From assembly GCA_010909165.1 (NCBI GenBank), contig MU008165.1, positions 496,001 through 560,000 of the forward strand: DNA of 64,000 nucleotides, read 5' to 3'. A program made the translations under genes and the position numbers. This document shows, one piece after another, positions 46,643 through 59,735 of this stretch. Numbering within the stretch: position 1 is the stretch's first letter; every line of letters begins with the position of its first letter. The stretch comes from Anthoceros angustus. Taxonomy: Eukaryota; Plantae; Anthocerotophyta. The notes beneath the pieces are model-generated. The model saw nothing but the letters and a program-made list of their open reading frames with translations, was not told where the DNA came from and did not search any database.

Positions 46643-47010
46643 AAGGACACTGCATAGCATGCAAGTGCTTGAAGCATTCCACCAGCTCACCTTTCCCTGC
46701 CAGACTCAGAGATCAATGTGACAAAGACCACTGTAGTAGATGTGTATCAGAACTCTCAGCATCTCTCTGAAATTGCCGAAACTGCTGCATATCGGTCAGC
46801 AGGATGACACGATTCAGAGCACTGAAGACGATTTATGCTGAAGCAGCATCATCTCTGGATAATCTCAGGAAGTTAGTATCATAGGGGCGTGCGGAATACA
46901 ACTGCGAGGGCGTGTGGCTAGCGGCGAGCAAGCGACCGCCAACAAGGTGGTGTGTACATGAACGAAACACAGGCAGTGCTTGCTCGGTACCCGAGCCGAG
47001 GATTCAAAGC

Positions 47011-47082
47011 CGGCGCGCCAAAATACAAACAGTCGGGCGCCGGGCGCGGGAGTTTACGGGTTCAGAGAACCCGCGCGCCATA
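47011..47082 (-). promoter_or_regulatory. E2F-type sites upstream of the HMG/DPB3-like gene
   Basis: TTTGGCGC on the minus strand at 47015-47022 matches the TTTSSCGS consensus; related CTCCCGCG and TATGGCGC nearby. Confidence 0.5.
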
Positions 47083-48016
47083 ATACGTACGGTCGGGGGC
47101 TTCACGTGTTGTGAGAGTTGTGAAGAAGTGAGGGTAGAAAACTAGACCACTGGCTCTTTTTGCTGCTCGAGCTCGGCACGAGCACATGAACCTTCGGCAG
47201 TAAACTGGGAGAGGAGCGTGCTACTTTTGCCATCCCTTTTTCTCCCTAAGACCAAGGAATGACGAGCAGCCTTGGGCATAGGGACACAGGAAAGCGTCAA
47301 AAGCCATGTTTGAAGTGTCAACATCAAATGGGTTGCTTCAATTTTGATCAAGCCCCCACATTAGTGACGGGGTGGCACAGTATCTCTTCAAAGGACTCCC
47401 ATATCACACCGAGGATGGAGAGACTCCCATATCATAACCATCGTACCTGTGCACGATGTGCGCATCAGCAGACCACCGAAGACGTGCTGGAATGCACAAG
47501 CAAAGGCCTAGGACACTTTCGTCCGTCAGGTGAAGCACGAGCTGACCTGAAAGAAACACACATCTTGTCCCCCAATCGCATGGGGCCACACAACTGATTG
47601 GTGAACAAGTGACCGCAACCCAAGCCCCTCCACCAAGTGATCAACTTTCTTCGAGAAATCTGCATCATGGGAGACTTGGGGTCCACAGTGATCGGCGATT
47701 CATCACTCCTGCACATCCATGAAAGAACATGAACAACTCTGCACGGCCCCGTACGTCGCAAACACCTCAACCCGTCAATGCTGCAGAATGACAGACCTAG
47801 CATGGAATGGCGCGGCTTCCAGTCGAAGTACGTGGACGACCTTTATCGCTCTTCGGCCACAAGCACAGCTGCCAAGAATCTCCAACACCTCCATAAAGCA
47901 CTACAGACAACCTGCATCAGAGTACACGCAACACGCTTCCGGGCTACGAGACAGCAAACTCTGCTTGCCAAGCACCGCCGCGGCGACGCAAATTCCATCC
48001 CAAACACCACAACAGA

Positions 48017-48512
48017 TCACTTCTTGGCCTTAGAGAAGCGGAGGCAGCGGTACTTCTCCCCGCTAACAGTGATCTCCAAGGCTCCATCTTGGTTGTCTTG
48101 ACTGGACGCCGTTCCCATGAGCACGCTCTTCTCCTTCTCAAGATTCTCCCGCTCCAGCTTCAACCGCGCCTCCTGCTTCACGATTTCTGCCTGCAAAAAC
48201 ACACAGGATCAGGCCTAGGGCACGCTCGCAACAACTGCTCTAGCAGTTTTCCGCCATCTCTCCAGCATCCAGATCTCCATAGCGAACAGTCCCAGATCCG
48301 CATCACTCCCGGGCAAAGCAACAAAACAGTACCTCTCTCCGTGCAAGCTCTGCCTTCCAGGCGGCCTCCCTCTCGGCGACTTCACGCTCCCGCTCCTCCA
48401 AGTAGCTCTTCATTTCCCGATCCTTGAGGATGCGATCGTGAATGTCTGCTTCCATGGCCTCCTTCAACTCCCGCACGAAATTCTCCACCACAGCTTTGAT
48501 TCTGAGCGACAT
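48017..48512 (-). CDS. Conserved plant 117-aa coiled-coil protein of unknown function, 2 exons (48333-48512, 48017-48190)
   Basis: MSLRIKAVVENFVRELKEAM...EREREVAEREAAWKAELARRE|AEIVKQEARLKLE...GALEITVSGEKYRCLRFSKAKK; phase-0 GT-AG intron. Confidence 0.85.
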
Positions 48513-49315
48513 CCTCCACCAGCCGGCGCCTTCGATGCGCATGCGTCCTCCACTTTCCGCTCTGCGCCTCCCGCGAGACGGCTCTGGGCTAGGGCTGGGC
48601 AACCGTTGGCTCTGGCAGCAGAGATCTTCACGCCGTTCACAAAGCTGGGGGGCTTGGAGCGGCTCCGAACCTGCCACCTCCTCACCTCCTCACCTCAGCC
48701 TCATCAGCCGAGATACCGGCCCTGCTCTGCTACTCGCCTGCGTGCGAGTGGTCCATACGGTTCTGGCTGCGAGCGAAAGGTTCTCCTGGTGTAGACCACT
48801 TTTCCTTGGGCACCCGTGACTGGCCGGCGAGATCTCCCTGCAGCCTTGTCGCGTGCCAAAGCTGCTAGGGTCCAGGTGGGTGGTTTAACTGCGGATCTGC
48901 TGAACAGCGTTGTAGTGAGGTCAAAGAGGGAATGTTCTACGTCGCCAAGATGTCACCAAAAGATCCTGACAGACTAATACGTAACTGTAAATTCTTTTCC
49001 ACGCAGACACCTCGTCCATTAAAAAACCACCAATTCCACCTCGGATGAGGAAAATTTCTTCTATCCGGAGGAACATTGGGCGCAACCTGATGAGTCCAAC
49101 AACCTACTGCTGAAGAATACAGTGAAGGTTATCAGATAGAGTGCATGTCAAGACGCCCGAGGAATTGAATGATCCGGCTGTAACTTAGGTAGCTAGAGCC
49201 TCAGGCCACTCAGACTTTCCTAGAGTAGCACGTTGGTTCAATAGCTACACCCGTCTGGAGGCTTGCTCTCAAATATTAATCAGAATCAGAGACTGCAACT
49301 AATGGTAAGTCACTT

Positions 49316-51248
<1,933 letters not shown>

Positions 51249-52493
51249 GGCTGGCTGGCCCTTGCCCTGCCCTGCCGTGCCGCTGCTCCCGCTGCTGCCG
51301 CTTCTGCCGAGGATCGCACGACGAAACGAGCTCGATGAAGCGAACTTTGCGAGGCCAAGACAGAGCGGATTGAAGGAACACACGGCTGGGAAAGCCTGGT
51401 CCCGTCTCCAACTGTAGTTGCTGTAATAAGGCCCAAATAGGACTGGCCCCACCTCCACCCGCTCTCTATCCCAATTCAGGCAGAACATTACACAACAACG
51501 AGATGCAGATATTTCTTCTCGATCCATCCTCCGCTTGCATCTGCACATTCTCGCCCTGCGCTATCTGGAATTATTGGTTTGCGTGAGGTATGCAGATTTC
51601 ATATCCAGATGCCGGTTTTGCTCCATTTCATGACGTAAACAGATTCTCAAACTTCGTCACACAAAGCGCTTTTGCGTAGAGATGGGATGAACTCATCTAG
51701 CATAGCACAGCTAGGTCGGGAGAACCCGAGGGTACCCACACTAACCTTCAGGGAGAGAGCTATGTGTGCTGCAATCACAGCATGATACGTTTGTTTTTGT
51801 TGTTCAACCAAATGGTACACGGAACACCATGTCCGCTACTGGCTTTGCGGGCGTCCCGAGAATACCTTGAGAGAACACGGCAGAGCTTCGGGAATGGGAA
51901 TCAATCTGGTTCTTGTTCCTTCTTTCAGACAAGAATGTGAGGGTCATCTTTACTGTGTCCAATCAGCGAGACGTGCGTGACAAAGAATCTCACTGTGTTG
52001 TTTCAGCCGGACATGGGAGTGACGAGACACACGAGGTGCACAGGACAAGGTAGAGAGAGAAATGAAGAAATAGGCTTTCACCTTACAGCAGAAACCGGTT
52101 CCCCATCCAAGTAGTGATCTGTTGATGTGTGGTTTAACTAGGGAGTTTGTGCAGGATCAGACGGCCTTGCATACGCAAGAAAGCTGCCAAAACCAGACAT
52201 GAGCAGCCTGGTTACACCAAGGGAGCTGATGTCTATATCTTACCGCAAATTCATAAGACGGCTATTTCAATCTCGCGCTAGTTCTACACTTTGTGCTATA
52301 GTTCTACACTTTGTGCTATCAACTCCTTGTCCTTACAGCTTCAGATTTGCACATTCCTTTAGATGGACGGCCAGGTATGCAGTTGCTCACTACCTGAGTA
52401 TTCAACGGACACTATTGAGTCTTTGTACAATCTCTGTAGAGCCAGTAAGTTGTATCTCAAACAAGGAGCTGATCCTCCTTTTACATTTAGTGA

Positions 52494-55400
52494 TTATATC
52501 TTATGAGGTGCACATGAAGCCTTGGGGTGCCTCGTACCCGCAACCAGAAAACAATGCACCAGCCCCGCCATGTCGGTCCACCAGCTATAACCCGGCTGCT
52601 TCCATGCCCTCATTCTTATTCTCCTCTTCTGCATCTCCCGTGCCTGCCCCCACATCCGAGCACCTTTGTAGATGTTCGACATGAAAACATATGCTGCAGC
52701 ATCTTTCACGTCTAGCTTCACTGCATGATCAAAAGCATGGCGTCCTGCATCCACATTGCTCCACTTTTGACAAGCGCCCAACAGACTATACCAAACTGCA
52801 GCATCAGGCAGCACAGGCATGGTCCTGATCAGAGCTAGGGCCTCATCCAGTAGGCCCGCGCGGCCGAGGAGATCCACCATGCATGTGTAGTGCTCCAGTG
52901 TGGGGGTGATGCTGTAGTGGCTGCTCATAGCCTGAAAGTACTCCTGCCCCCAGCTCACTAGACCTGCGTGACTGCACACCATTAAGACACCAACGAAGGT
53001 GACGCCATCTGGCTGTACTCCATCTTCTCTCATTCTTGCAACTAAGTCCAAGACCAGTTCAACATTTCCTTGGCAGCTGTATCCTCCAATCAGCGCATTC
53101 CAGGCGACAATGTTCCTGTCACGCAATTCTTCAAACACTTGCTGTGCATCAAACATGCTCCCGCATTTTCCATACATTCTTATCAAACAGTGGGCTAATA
53201 AGGCATCAGCTTGAAGCCCCTGTTCTACTATCTGTGCATGTAGCTGCCTTCCCACATGCAGAGCAGCCACGTTTGCACATGCCTGCAGGAGGCACACAAA
53301 TGTCCCAGAATCGGGTACAGCCATGCCTTCGTCCTGCATAGCCTTGTAGAGATAAAGGGCTTCCTGGCCCATGCCCTGCTGGGAATACGCAGCTATCATA
53401 GCATTCCATGTTGACACGTCTTTGTGACCAAGACCTTCAAACACTAATTGAGCATCTTCTAGGCTGCCACACTTTGAGTACATGTTTACTAAGCTATTGG
53501 CTACAAGTACATCGGCTTGATACCCTTGTTCTCTGATTTGTGCATGAAGCTGCTTCCCTGTGTGCAAAGCAGTGGTCCCCACCCTTGCACATGCCAGCAG
53601 AAGGCACACAAAGGTCACGGAATTGGGTATAGCAGTGGATTCTTCTTGCATGACACTGTAGACATGAAGGGCTTGCTGGCCCGTGCCCTGCTGAGCATAT
53701 CCTGAGATCATAGCATTCCATGTCACCAGATCCTTTTGACCAAGTCTCCCAAACACTCTTTGGGCATCTTCCAAGCTACCACACTTTGCATACATGTTCA
53801 CCAGACTGCTGGCCACAAACACATCATCTTGATGTCCTTGTTCTCTAATCTGCACATGAATCTGCCTCCCCTTCTCCAAAGCTGTGGAGCCCATGGTTGC
53901 ACATGCTTGCAGAAGGGACACAAATGTAACAGAATCAGGTTCAGCATTTCCCTCTCCTTCCATAGCACTATAGAGATGAAGGGCTTCCCGGCCCATGCCA
54001 TGCTGAGAATATAGAGCTATCATGGCATTCCACGTTACCACGTCTTTCCGACCAAGTCCATCAAAAACTCTTCGAGCGGCCTCCAAGCTGCTGCACTTTG
54101 AATACATGTTTAATAAACCGCTTGTTACAAATACGTTAGCTTCAAGGCCCCGTTCTCTTATTTGTCCATGAAGCTGCTTACCCTTGTCCAACACAAGAGG
54201 GCCTACACATGCACACGCCTGAAGCAGGCACACAAACGTTACAGAATCAGGAGCAGCCGCGCCGTCCGCCTGTAGAGCACTGTACAGATCAAGGGCTTCC
54301 TGCCCCATTCCCTTCTGGGCATACCCTGCTATCATAGCATTCCATGTCACTAAATCCTTTTGACAGAGTCTGTCAAACACTCTCTGAGCATCTTCCAAGC
54401 TGCCACACTTTGCATACATGTTCACCAGACTGCTTGCTATGAACTCATCACCTTCAAACCCTCGTTCTCTTATTTCTGCATGAAACTGCTTCCCCTCCTC
54501 CAGCGCTGGGATGCCGACAGTTGCACATGCCTGCAAGAGGGATGCAAATGTCACGGAATTGGGTGCAACCATCCCTTCATCTTGCATAGCCCTGTAAAGA
54601 CCAAGGGCTTCCTGGCCCAAGCCCTGCTGGCCATAGCCTGCTATCATGGCACTCCACGTCACTACATCTTTCTCACCAAGCCCGTCAAACACTATCCGAG
54701 CATCCTCCAGGCTCCCACACTTTGCATACATGTCCACCAAGCAGTTACTGACAAACAAATCAGGCTCAACCCCACTGCCCAACACATCAGCGTGCAGCTC
54801 CTGCCCCGTTTGCAAGTCTCCACCCCTTGCACATGCCTGAAGGGCCGCCACAAATACATGGCCGTCGGGCTTCACACTTGACCTACGCATCCGACGGTAC
54901 AGCTGAATGGCCTCCTTGTTTTGCCCATGTTTAGCATGGGCAGAGATTATGGAAGACCACATGAATGCATCCGCGTAGGCAGCCCCGTTGAACACATCCA
55001 TGGCCTCTTGCATCCTGCCTTGAGAAGCATACATGCGCAGGATGTGGTTGCACAGGAACGAGTCCGACTGATACCCCTTTCTCGCAGTGAAAGCATGGAC
55101 ACGGCGACCCAGAACAAGATGCTTCTTCGCTACACATTTTTTCAGGACTGTATAAAAGAGAGACTTGGAAATAGGACAGTTTGTCTGCACCAGAAGTCCC
55201 AAGGCCTCAACAGCTTCACTCAGATGTTCGTCATCGCATAGGACGTTCACGGTTTCAGCTGTTACGTATCCTGCACGCTCAGCTGGTCGCGTTCTCTTCT
55301 TGTTTGGCCTCTTATTCTCCCACCACAATGTGGAATCGTTAACAAATTGTCCCAACAGAAGCTCCTGGTGACGACCCTTGCCAGAGGATCTGTGTCCAGC

Positions 55401-55517
55401 AACACATCCTCCAGGAAGGGCTGGGGCTGAGCGTCTACGAAAGGCGGTTTGCTCGTTTGCGAATCGCCGGTTCCTTGAAGTCAGGTGACCGGGGGCTACT
55501 CTCCTCCAGCCAGCCAT
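52494..55517 (-). CDS. PLS-E PPR protein, WW-type, DYW truncated (7 P motifs)
   Basis: 1007-aa ORF ending AWKQPGYSWWTDMAGLVHCFLVAGTRHPK...; Arg-rich presequence-like N-terminus. Confidence 0.95.
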   Translation of the reverse strand: MAGWRRVAPGHLTSRNRRFANEQTAFRRRSAPALPGGCVAGHRSSGKGRHQELLLGQFVNDSTLWWENKRPNKKRTRPAERAGYVTAETVNVLCDDEHLSEAVEALGLLVQTNCPISKSLFYTVLKKCVAKKHLVLGRRVHAFTARKGYQSDSFLCNHILRMYASQGRMQEAMDVFNGAAYADAFMWSSIISAHAKHGQNKEAIQLYRRMRRSSVKPDGHVFVAALQACARGGDLQTGQELHADVLGSGVEPDLFVSNCLVDMYAKCGSLEDARIVFDGLGEKDVVTWSAMIAGYGQQGLGQEALGLYRAMQDEGMVAPNSVTFASLLQACATVGIPALEEGKQFHAEIRERGFEGDEFIASSLVNMYAKCGSLEDAQRVFDRLCQKDLVTWNAMIAGYAQKGMGQEALDLYSALQADGAAAPDSVTFVCLLQACACVGPLVLDKGKQLHGQIRERGLEANVFVTSGLLNMYSKCSSLEAARRVFDGLGRKDVVTWNAMIALYSQHGMGREALHLYSAMEGEGNAEPDSVTFVSLLQACATMGSTALEKGRQIHVQIREQGHQDDVFVASSLVNMYAKCGSLEDAQRVFGRLGQKDLVTWNAMISGYAQQGTGQQALHVYSVMQEESTAIPNSVTFVCLLLACARVGTTALHTGKQLHAQIREQGYQADVLVANSLVNMYSKCGSLEDAQLVFEGLGHKDVSTWNAMIAAYSQQGMGQEALYLYKAMQDEGMAVPDSGTFVCLLQACANVAALHVGRQLHAQIVEQGLQADALLAHCLIRMYGKCGSMFDAQQVFEELRDRNIVAWNALIGGYSCQGNVELVLDLVARMREDGVQPDGVTFVGVLMVCSHAGLVSWGQEYFQAMSSHYSITPTLEHYTCMVDLLGRAGLLDEALALIRTMPVLPDAAVWYSLLGACQKWSNVDAGRHAFDHAVKLDVKDAAAYVFMSNIYKGARMWGQAREMQKRRIRMRAWKQPGYSWWTDMAGLVHCFLVAGTRHPKASCAPHKI

Positions 55518-55643
55518 GGAATGCCCTTTTCATCACAGGGATTAGTATGCGCCGTCTTGACCAATCTGCGGATGAAGTTCAGAAGAATACAATGGAGTCC
55601 GAATTTCGCACATATTTTCTTCCAGCGTTGTAGAAGCTATCTC

Positions 55644-58600
55644 TTACAGCCTTGCTTGATTCTTGGGTGGTTGCCTCTTGACCCCAACAAAGAAACTATG
55701 CACCAACCCGTCCATGTCTGTCCACCAGCTCTGACCCGGCTGCTTCCATGCCCTCATAGCTATTCTCCTGGTCTGCATCTCTTGTGCCTGCTCCCACATC
55801 TGGGCACTGATATATATGTTAGACATCAACACATAAGCCGAGGCATCCAGCTTGTCTGACTTCACTGCTTGTTCGAAAGCATGGCGTCCCACCTCCACGT
55901 TGCTCCACTTTCGGCAAGCACACAACAGCGTGTGCCAAACTGCAGTATCAGGCAAAAAGGGCATTCTGCTTACCACAGCTAGAGCCTCATCCAGTTGGCC
56001 TGCGCGGCCCAGGAGATCCACCATACATGTGTAGTGCTCCGCTGTGGGGGTGATATCATACTGGCTGCTCATAGCCTCAAAATACTGTCGCCCTTTGCTC
56101 ACGAGGCCTGTATGACTGCATACCGTCAATATACCAAGGAACGTGACGCCATCGGGCTGTATGCCATCCTCTCCCATTCTGAGAACCAAGTTAAAGACCT
56201 CTTCACTATTGCCTTGATGACTGTATCCCACAATCAGTGCATTCCAGGCCACAACGTTCCTTTCAGATAATGCCTCAAACACCTGCTGTGCATCAAGCAT
56301 GCTCCCGGACTTTCCATACATGTTTACCAAACTTCGGGCTACAAAGACATCAGTTTGAAGCCCTTGCTGTTCAATCTGTGAATGCAGCTCCCTTCCAAGA
56401 TTCAAAGCTGCCACGTCTGCGCATGCCTGCAGGAGGCAAACAAATGTGACAGAATCGGGGACAGCCATGCCGTCTAGTTCCATAGCCTTGTAAAGGCTGA
56501 GAGCCTTGTGGACCATCCCCTGCTGGCAATAACCAGCTATCATGGCATTCCACGTCACCACATCTTTGCGACCAAGCCCATCGAACAATCGCTGAGCATC
56601 CTCTAGGCTACCACACTTTGCGTACATGTTTACCAAACTGTTGGCTACAAATACGTCAGCTTCATGTCCTCGTTCTCTAATTTGCACATGGAGCTGCTTA
56701 CCCTTGTCCAAAGCTGCACTGCCCACACTTGCACATGCCTGAAGAAGGCATACAAATGTCACGCAATTGGGTACAGCAATGTCTTCTTCTTGCATAACAC
56801 TGTAGAGATGGAGGGCTTCTTCCCCCTTGCCCTGCTGTGCACACCCTGCTATTAATGCATTCCAAGTCACAACATCTTTTTGATCAAGTTCGCTAAACAC
56901 TATCTGGGCGTCTCCCAAGTTGCCACACTTTGCATACATGTTCACCAAACTGGTCCCTACAAACAGATCAGCTTGGTATCCCTGTTCCCTAATTTGCACA
57001 TGGAGCTGCTTTCCCTTTTCCAAAGCTGCGGTGCCCACACTTGCACATGCCTGCAGGAGGCACACAAATGTCACGGAATCTGGTATAGAAATGCCCTCTT
57101 CTTGCATAGCAGTGAAGAGACCAAGGGCTTCCTGCCCCATACCCTGCTGGGAATACCGTGCTATCATGGCATTCCACGTTACCACATCTTTTTGACCAAG
57201 GCCGTCAAACACTGTTTGAGCGGCCTCCATGCTGCCACACTTTGCATACATGTCTACTAAACTATTGGCTACAAATACATCACCTTGGTATCCTCGTTGC
57301 TCAATTTCAGTATGAAGTTGCTTCCCCTGATCCAATGCCGAGCTGCCCACACTTGCACATGCCTGCAGGAGGCAGCCAAATGTCACAGAGTCGGGTACAG
57401 ACATGCCATCCTCTTGCATATTCGTGTAGAGGCGAAGGGCTTCCTGGCCCATGTGCTGCTGGGAATATCCTGCAATCAAAGCAGTCCACGTCACGACATC
57501 TTTGTGACCAAGTTTATCAAACGCTCTCTGAGCATCCTGAAGGCAGACACACTTTCCATACATGTTCACCAAACTTCTGGCTACAGCCACATCGCTTTGA
57601 AGCCCACGTCCCCTAATATGCGCATGCAGTTGCATGCCCTTGTCCAACGCTGGAGCACCAAGACTTGCACAAGCCTGCAGGAGGCACACAAATGTCACAG
57701 AGTTGGGGGCAATGATGCCTTCTTCTTGCATAGACCTGTAAAGTCCAAGGGCTTCATGCCCCATGCCCTGCTGGGAATAACCCGCCATCATGGCACTCCA
57801 TGTAACTACATCTCTTTGACCAAGACTGTCAAACACACTCCGAGCATCTTCCACGCTGCCACATTTGGCATACATGTTTACCAAACTATTGGCTACAGAC
57901 ACCTCACCTTCATATCCTTGTCCTCTAATTTGCCCATGAAGCTGCTTCCCTGTATCCAAGGCTGGAGTGCCAACACTTGCACAGGCCTGCAATAGGCACA
58001 CAAATGTCACGGAGTTGGGCACAGCGATGCCTTCTTCTTGCATAACGCTGTAAAGATGGAGAGCTTCCTGCCCCTTGCCCTTCTGGGAATATCCTGCAAC
58101 TAGAGTAGTCCATGTCACCACGTCTTTTCGACCAAGCCCCTCAAACACCCTCTGAGCGTCCTCTAGACTGCCACACTTTGCGTACATGTTCACCAAACTG
58201 TTGGCTACAATCACGTCCGCATGATATCCTCGTTCTCTTATTTCTCCATGCAGCTGCTTACCCTCCTCCAAAGCCTGGCTGCCCACACTTGCACATGCTT
58301 GCAGGAGGCATGTAAATGTCACCGCATCTGGGACAGCCATGCCATCTTCTTGCATTGCACTGTATAGACGAAGCGCTTCCTGTCCCATTCCCTGTTGGGA
58401 ATGCCCTGAGATCATGGCATTCCAAGTCACCACATTTTTCTCAACAAGTCCATCAAACAAACACTTAGCATTCTCTAAGCTTCGACACTTTGCATACATG
58501 TCCACCAAGGAACTAGAAACGAACAAATCGAGCTCAACGCCACTAGCCAACAGATCAGCATGCACCTGCTGCCCAGCTTTGAAGTCTGCAGCCCTCGCAC

Positions 58601-59294
58601 AAGCCTGTATGGCGGCCACGAATACATGGCCATCTGGCTTCACACTTGACCCGCGCATCCGATTATACAGTTGTATGGCCTGCTTGTCTTCACCATGTTG
58701 AACATGGGCAGAAATCAAGGAAGACCACATGAAGGCATCTGGTTTGGCAACCATGGTGAACACATCCATCGCGTCCTGTAACCTGCCATGAGACGCATAC
58801 ATTCGCAGGATGTGGTTGCACAGGAAAGTGTCCGACTCATAACTTTCTTTCACCGTGAAGGCATGCACACGGCGACCCAGAACAAGATCCTTCTTTAGAC
58901 CGCACTTTTTCAGGACTATGTATAAGAGAGATTTGGAAACACAAGGACGTGCCTTCACCAGAACTCCCAAAGCCTCAACAGCCTGGGCGAGATGTCCCGT
59001 TTGACAGAGATCACTCACGGTATCAGCAGTCACTTCGGTTTCGTATCCTGCAGACCTGCGACAACGCGGGTCTGGATTCCACATGGCTCCGCTTTTATCA
59101 GAATCGGCATATGCCTGGCAATCCATCTCGACATCCAGCGGAGCAAGCTCCAGCCCCGAAGCTGGCTGCACTCCTGCCAAGGTCCTGGACCTCGCAGCTG
59201 GGTTGTTTGCCAAGGGCTCGTTCCTTGATTTGTAGCGAGGTGGAGCTCTTGCTAGGAGACCGGAGAACCTCCGCACATGCATAGCTCCCAGCAT
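55644..59294 (-). CDS. PLS-E PPR protein, WW-type, DYW truncated (9 P motifs)
   Basis: 1216-aa ORF ending AWKQPGQSWWTDMDGLVHSFFVGVKRQPPKNQARL*. Confidence 0.95.
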   Translation of the reverse strand: MLGAMHVRRFSGLLARAPPRYKSRNEPLANNPAARSRTLAGVQPASGLELAPLDVEMDCQAYADSDKSGAMWNPDPRCRRSAGYETEVTADTVSDLCQTGHLAQAVEALGVLVKARPCVSKSLLYIVLKKCGLKKDLVLGRRVHAFTVKESYESDTFLCNHILRMYASHGRLQDAMDVFTMVAKPDAFMWSSLISAHVQHGEDKQAIQLYNRMRGSSVKPDGHVFVAAIQACARAADFKAGQQVHADLLASGVELDLFVSSSLVDMYAKCRSLENAKCLFDGLVEKNVVTWNAMISGHSQQGMGQEALRLYSAMQEDGMAVPDAVTFTCLLQACASVGSQALEEGKQLHGEIRERGYHADVIVANSLVNMYAKCGSLEDAQRVFEGLGRKDVVTWTTLVAGYSQKGKGQEALHLYSVMQEEGIAVPNSVTFVCLLQACASVGTPALDTGKQLHGQIRGQGYEGEVSVANSLVNMYAKCGSVEDARSVFDSLGQRDVVTWSAMMAGYSQQGMGHEALGLYRSMQEEGIIAPNSVTFVCLLQACASLGAPALDKGMQLHAHIRGRGLQSDVAVARSLVNMYGKCVCLQDAQRAFDKLGHKDVVTWTALIAGYSQQHMGQEALRLYTNMQEDGMSVPDSVTFGCLLQACASVGSSALDQGKQLHTEIEQRGYQGDVFVANSLVDMYAKCGSMEAAQTVFDGLGQKDVVTWNAMIARYSQQGMGQEALGLFTAMQEEGISIPDSVTFVCLLQACASVGTAALEKGKQLHVQIREQGYQADLFVGTSLVNMYAKCGNLGDAQIVFSELDQKDVVTWNALIAGCAQQGKGEEALHLYSVMQEEDIAVPNCVTFVCLLQACASVGSAALDKGKQLHVQIRERGHEADVFVANSLVNMYAKCGSLEDAQRLFDGLGRKDVVTWNAMIAGYCQQGMVHKALSLYKAMELDGMAVPDSVTFVCLLQACADVAALNLGRELHSQIEQQGLQTDVFVARSLVNMYGKSGSMLDAQQVFEALSERNVVAWNALIVGYSHQGNSEEVFNLVLRMGEDGIQPDGVTFLGILTVCSHTGLVSKGRQYFEAMSSQYDITPTAEHYTCMVDLLGRAGQLDEALAVVSRMPFLPDTAVWHTLLCACRKWSNVEVGRHAFEQAVKSDKLDASAYVLMSNIYISAQMWEQAQEMQTRRIAMRAWKQPGQSWWTDMDGLVHSFFVGVKRQPPKNQARL

Positions 59295-59735
59295 GCGCTG
59301 ATCCTAGATCCACAGAGGCACCCATTCGTGTATCAGATACCTTGCAGTCCGATACGTTTCTACGGCGCAGACGAGCTGCAGGTCATGGGTGGTGGCATGC
59401 TGGTAAGCTCCAGGTGCAGTCTCTAATAACAAAGTGATTGTAGTCTATGTACATATAGGCAGGACATACAGGAGCTGAGTCCAGAGCTGCTCCTGGCCCA
59501 AAACGAAACGGATAAATGTTCACGCACTCAAAACACACCAAGAATCGTGAAGGATAATCTGAGGAAGAAGGTTCCGAGCTGCATAACCTGTACAGCAGCT
59601 AAGATAGCAGTTCTCTCAACTGCAAGCAATGGGCACACGAGGCATCCTGGGCGGCAGGCAGCCCCAGAATCTTCGTTCCACCAACGTTGTCTGCACACTA
59701 GCACCTATTCCTGGCTCGCATTCCTTGTGTATTGT

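Noticed and set aside
46633-46650. TCCTTAAC (U12 branch-point consensus) on the minus strand at the 5' end of the HMG/histone-fold gene
   Set aside because: No RTATCCT donor found upstream; compatible with an ordinary U2 branch site
49087-49130. CTGATGAG hammerhead-ribozyme-like core
   Set aside because: No stem II followed by GAAA and no flanking pairing
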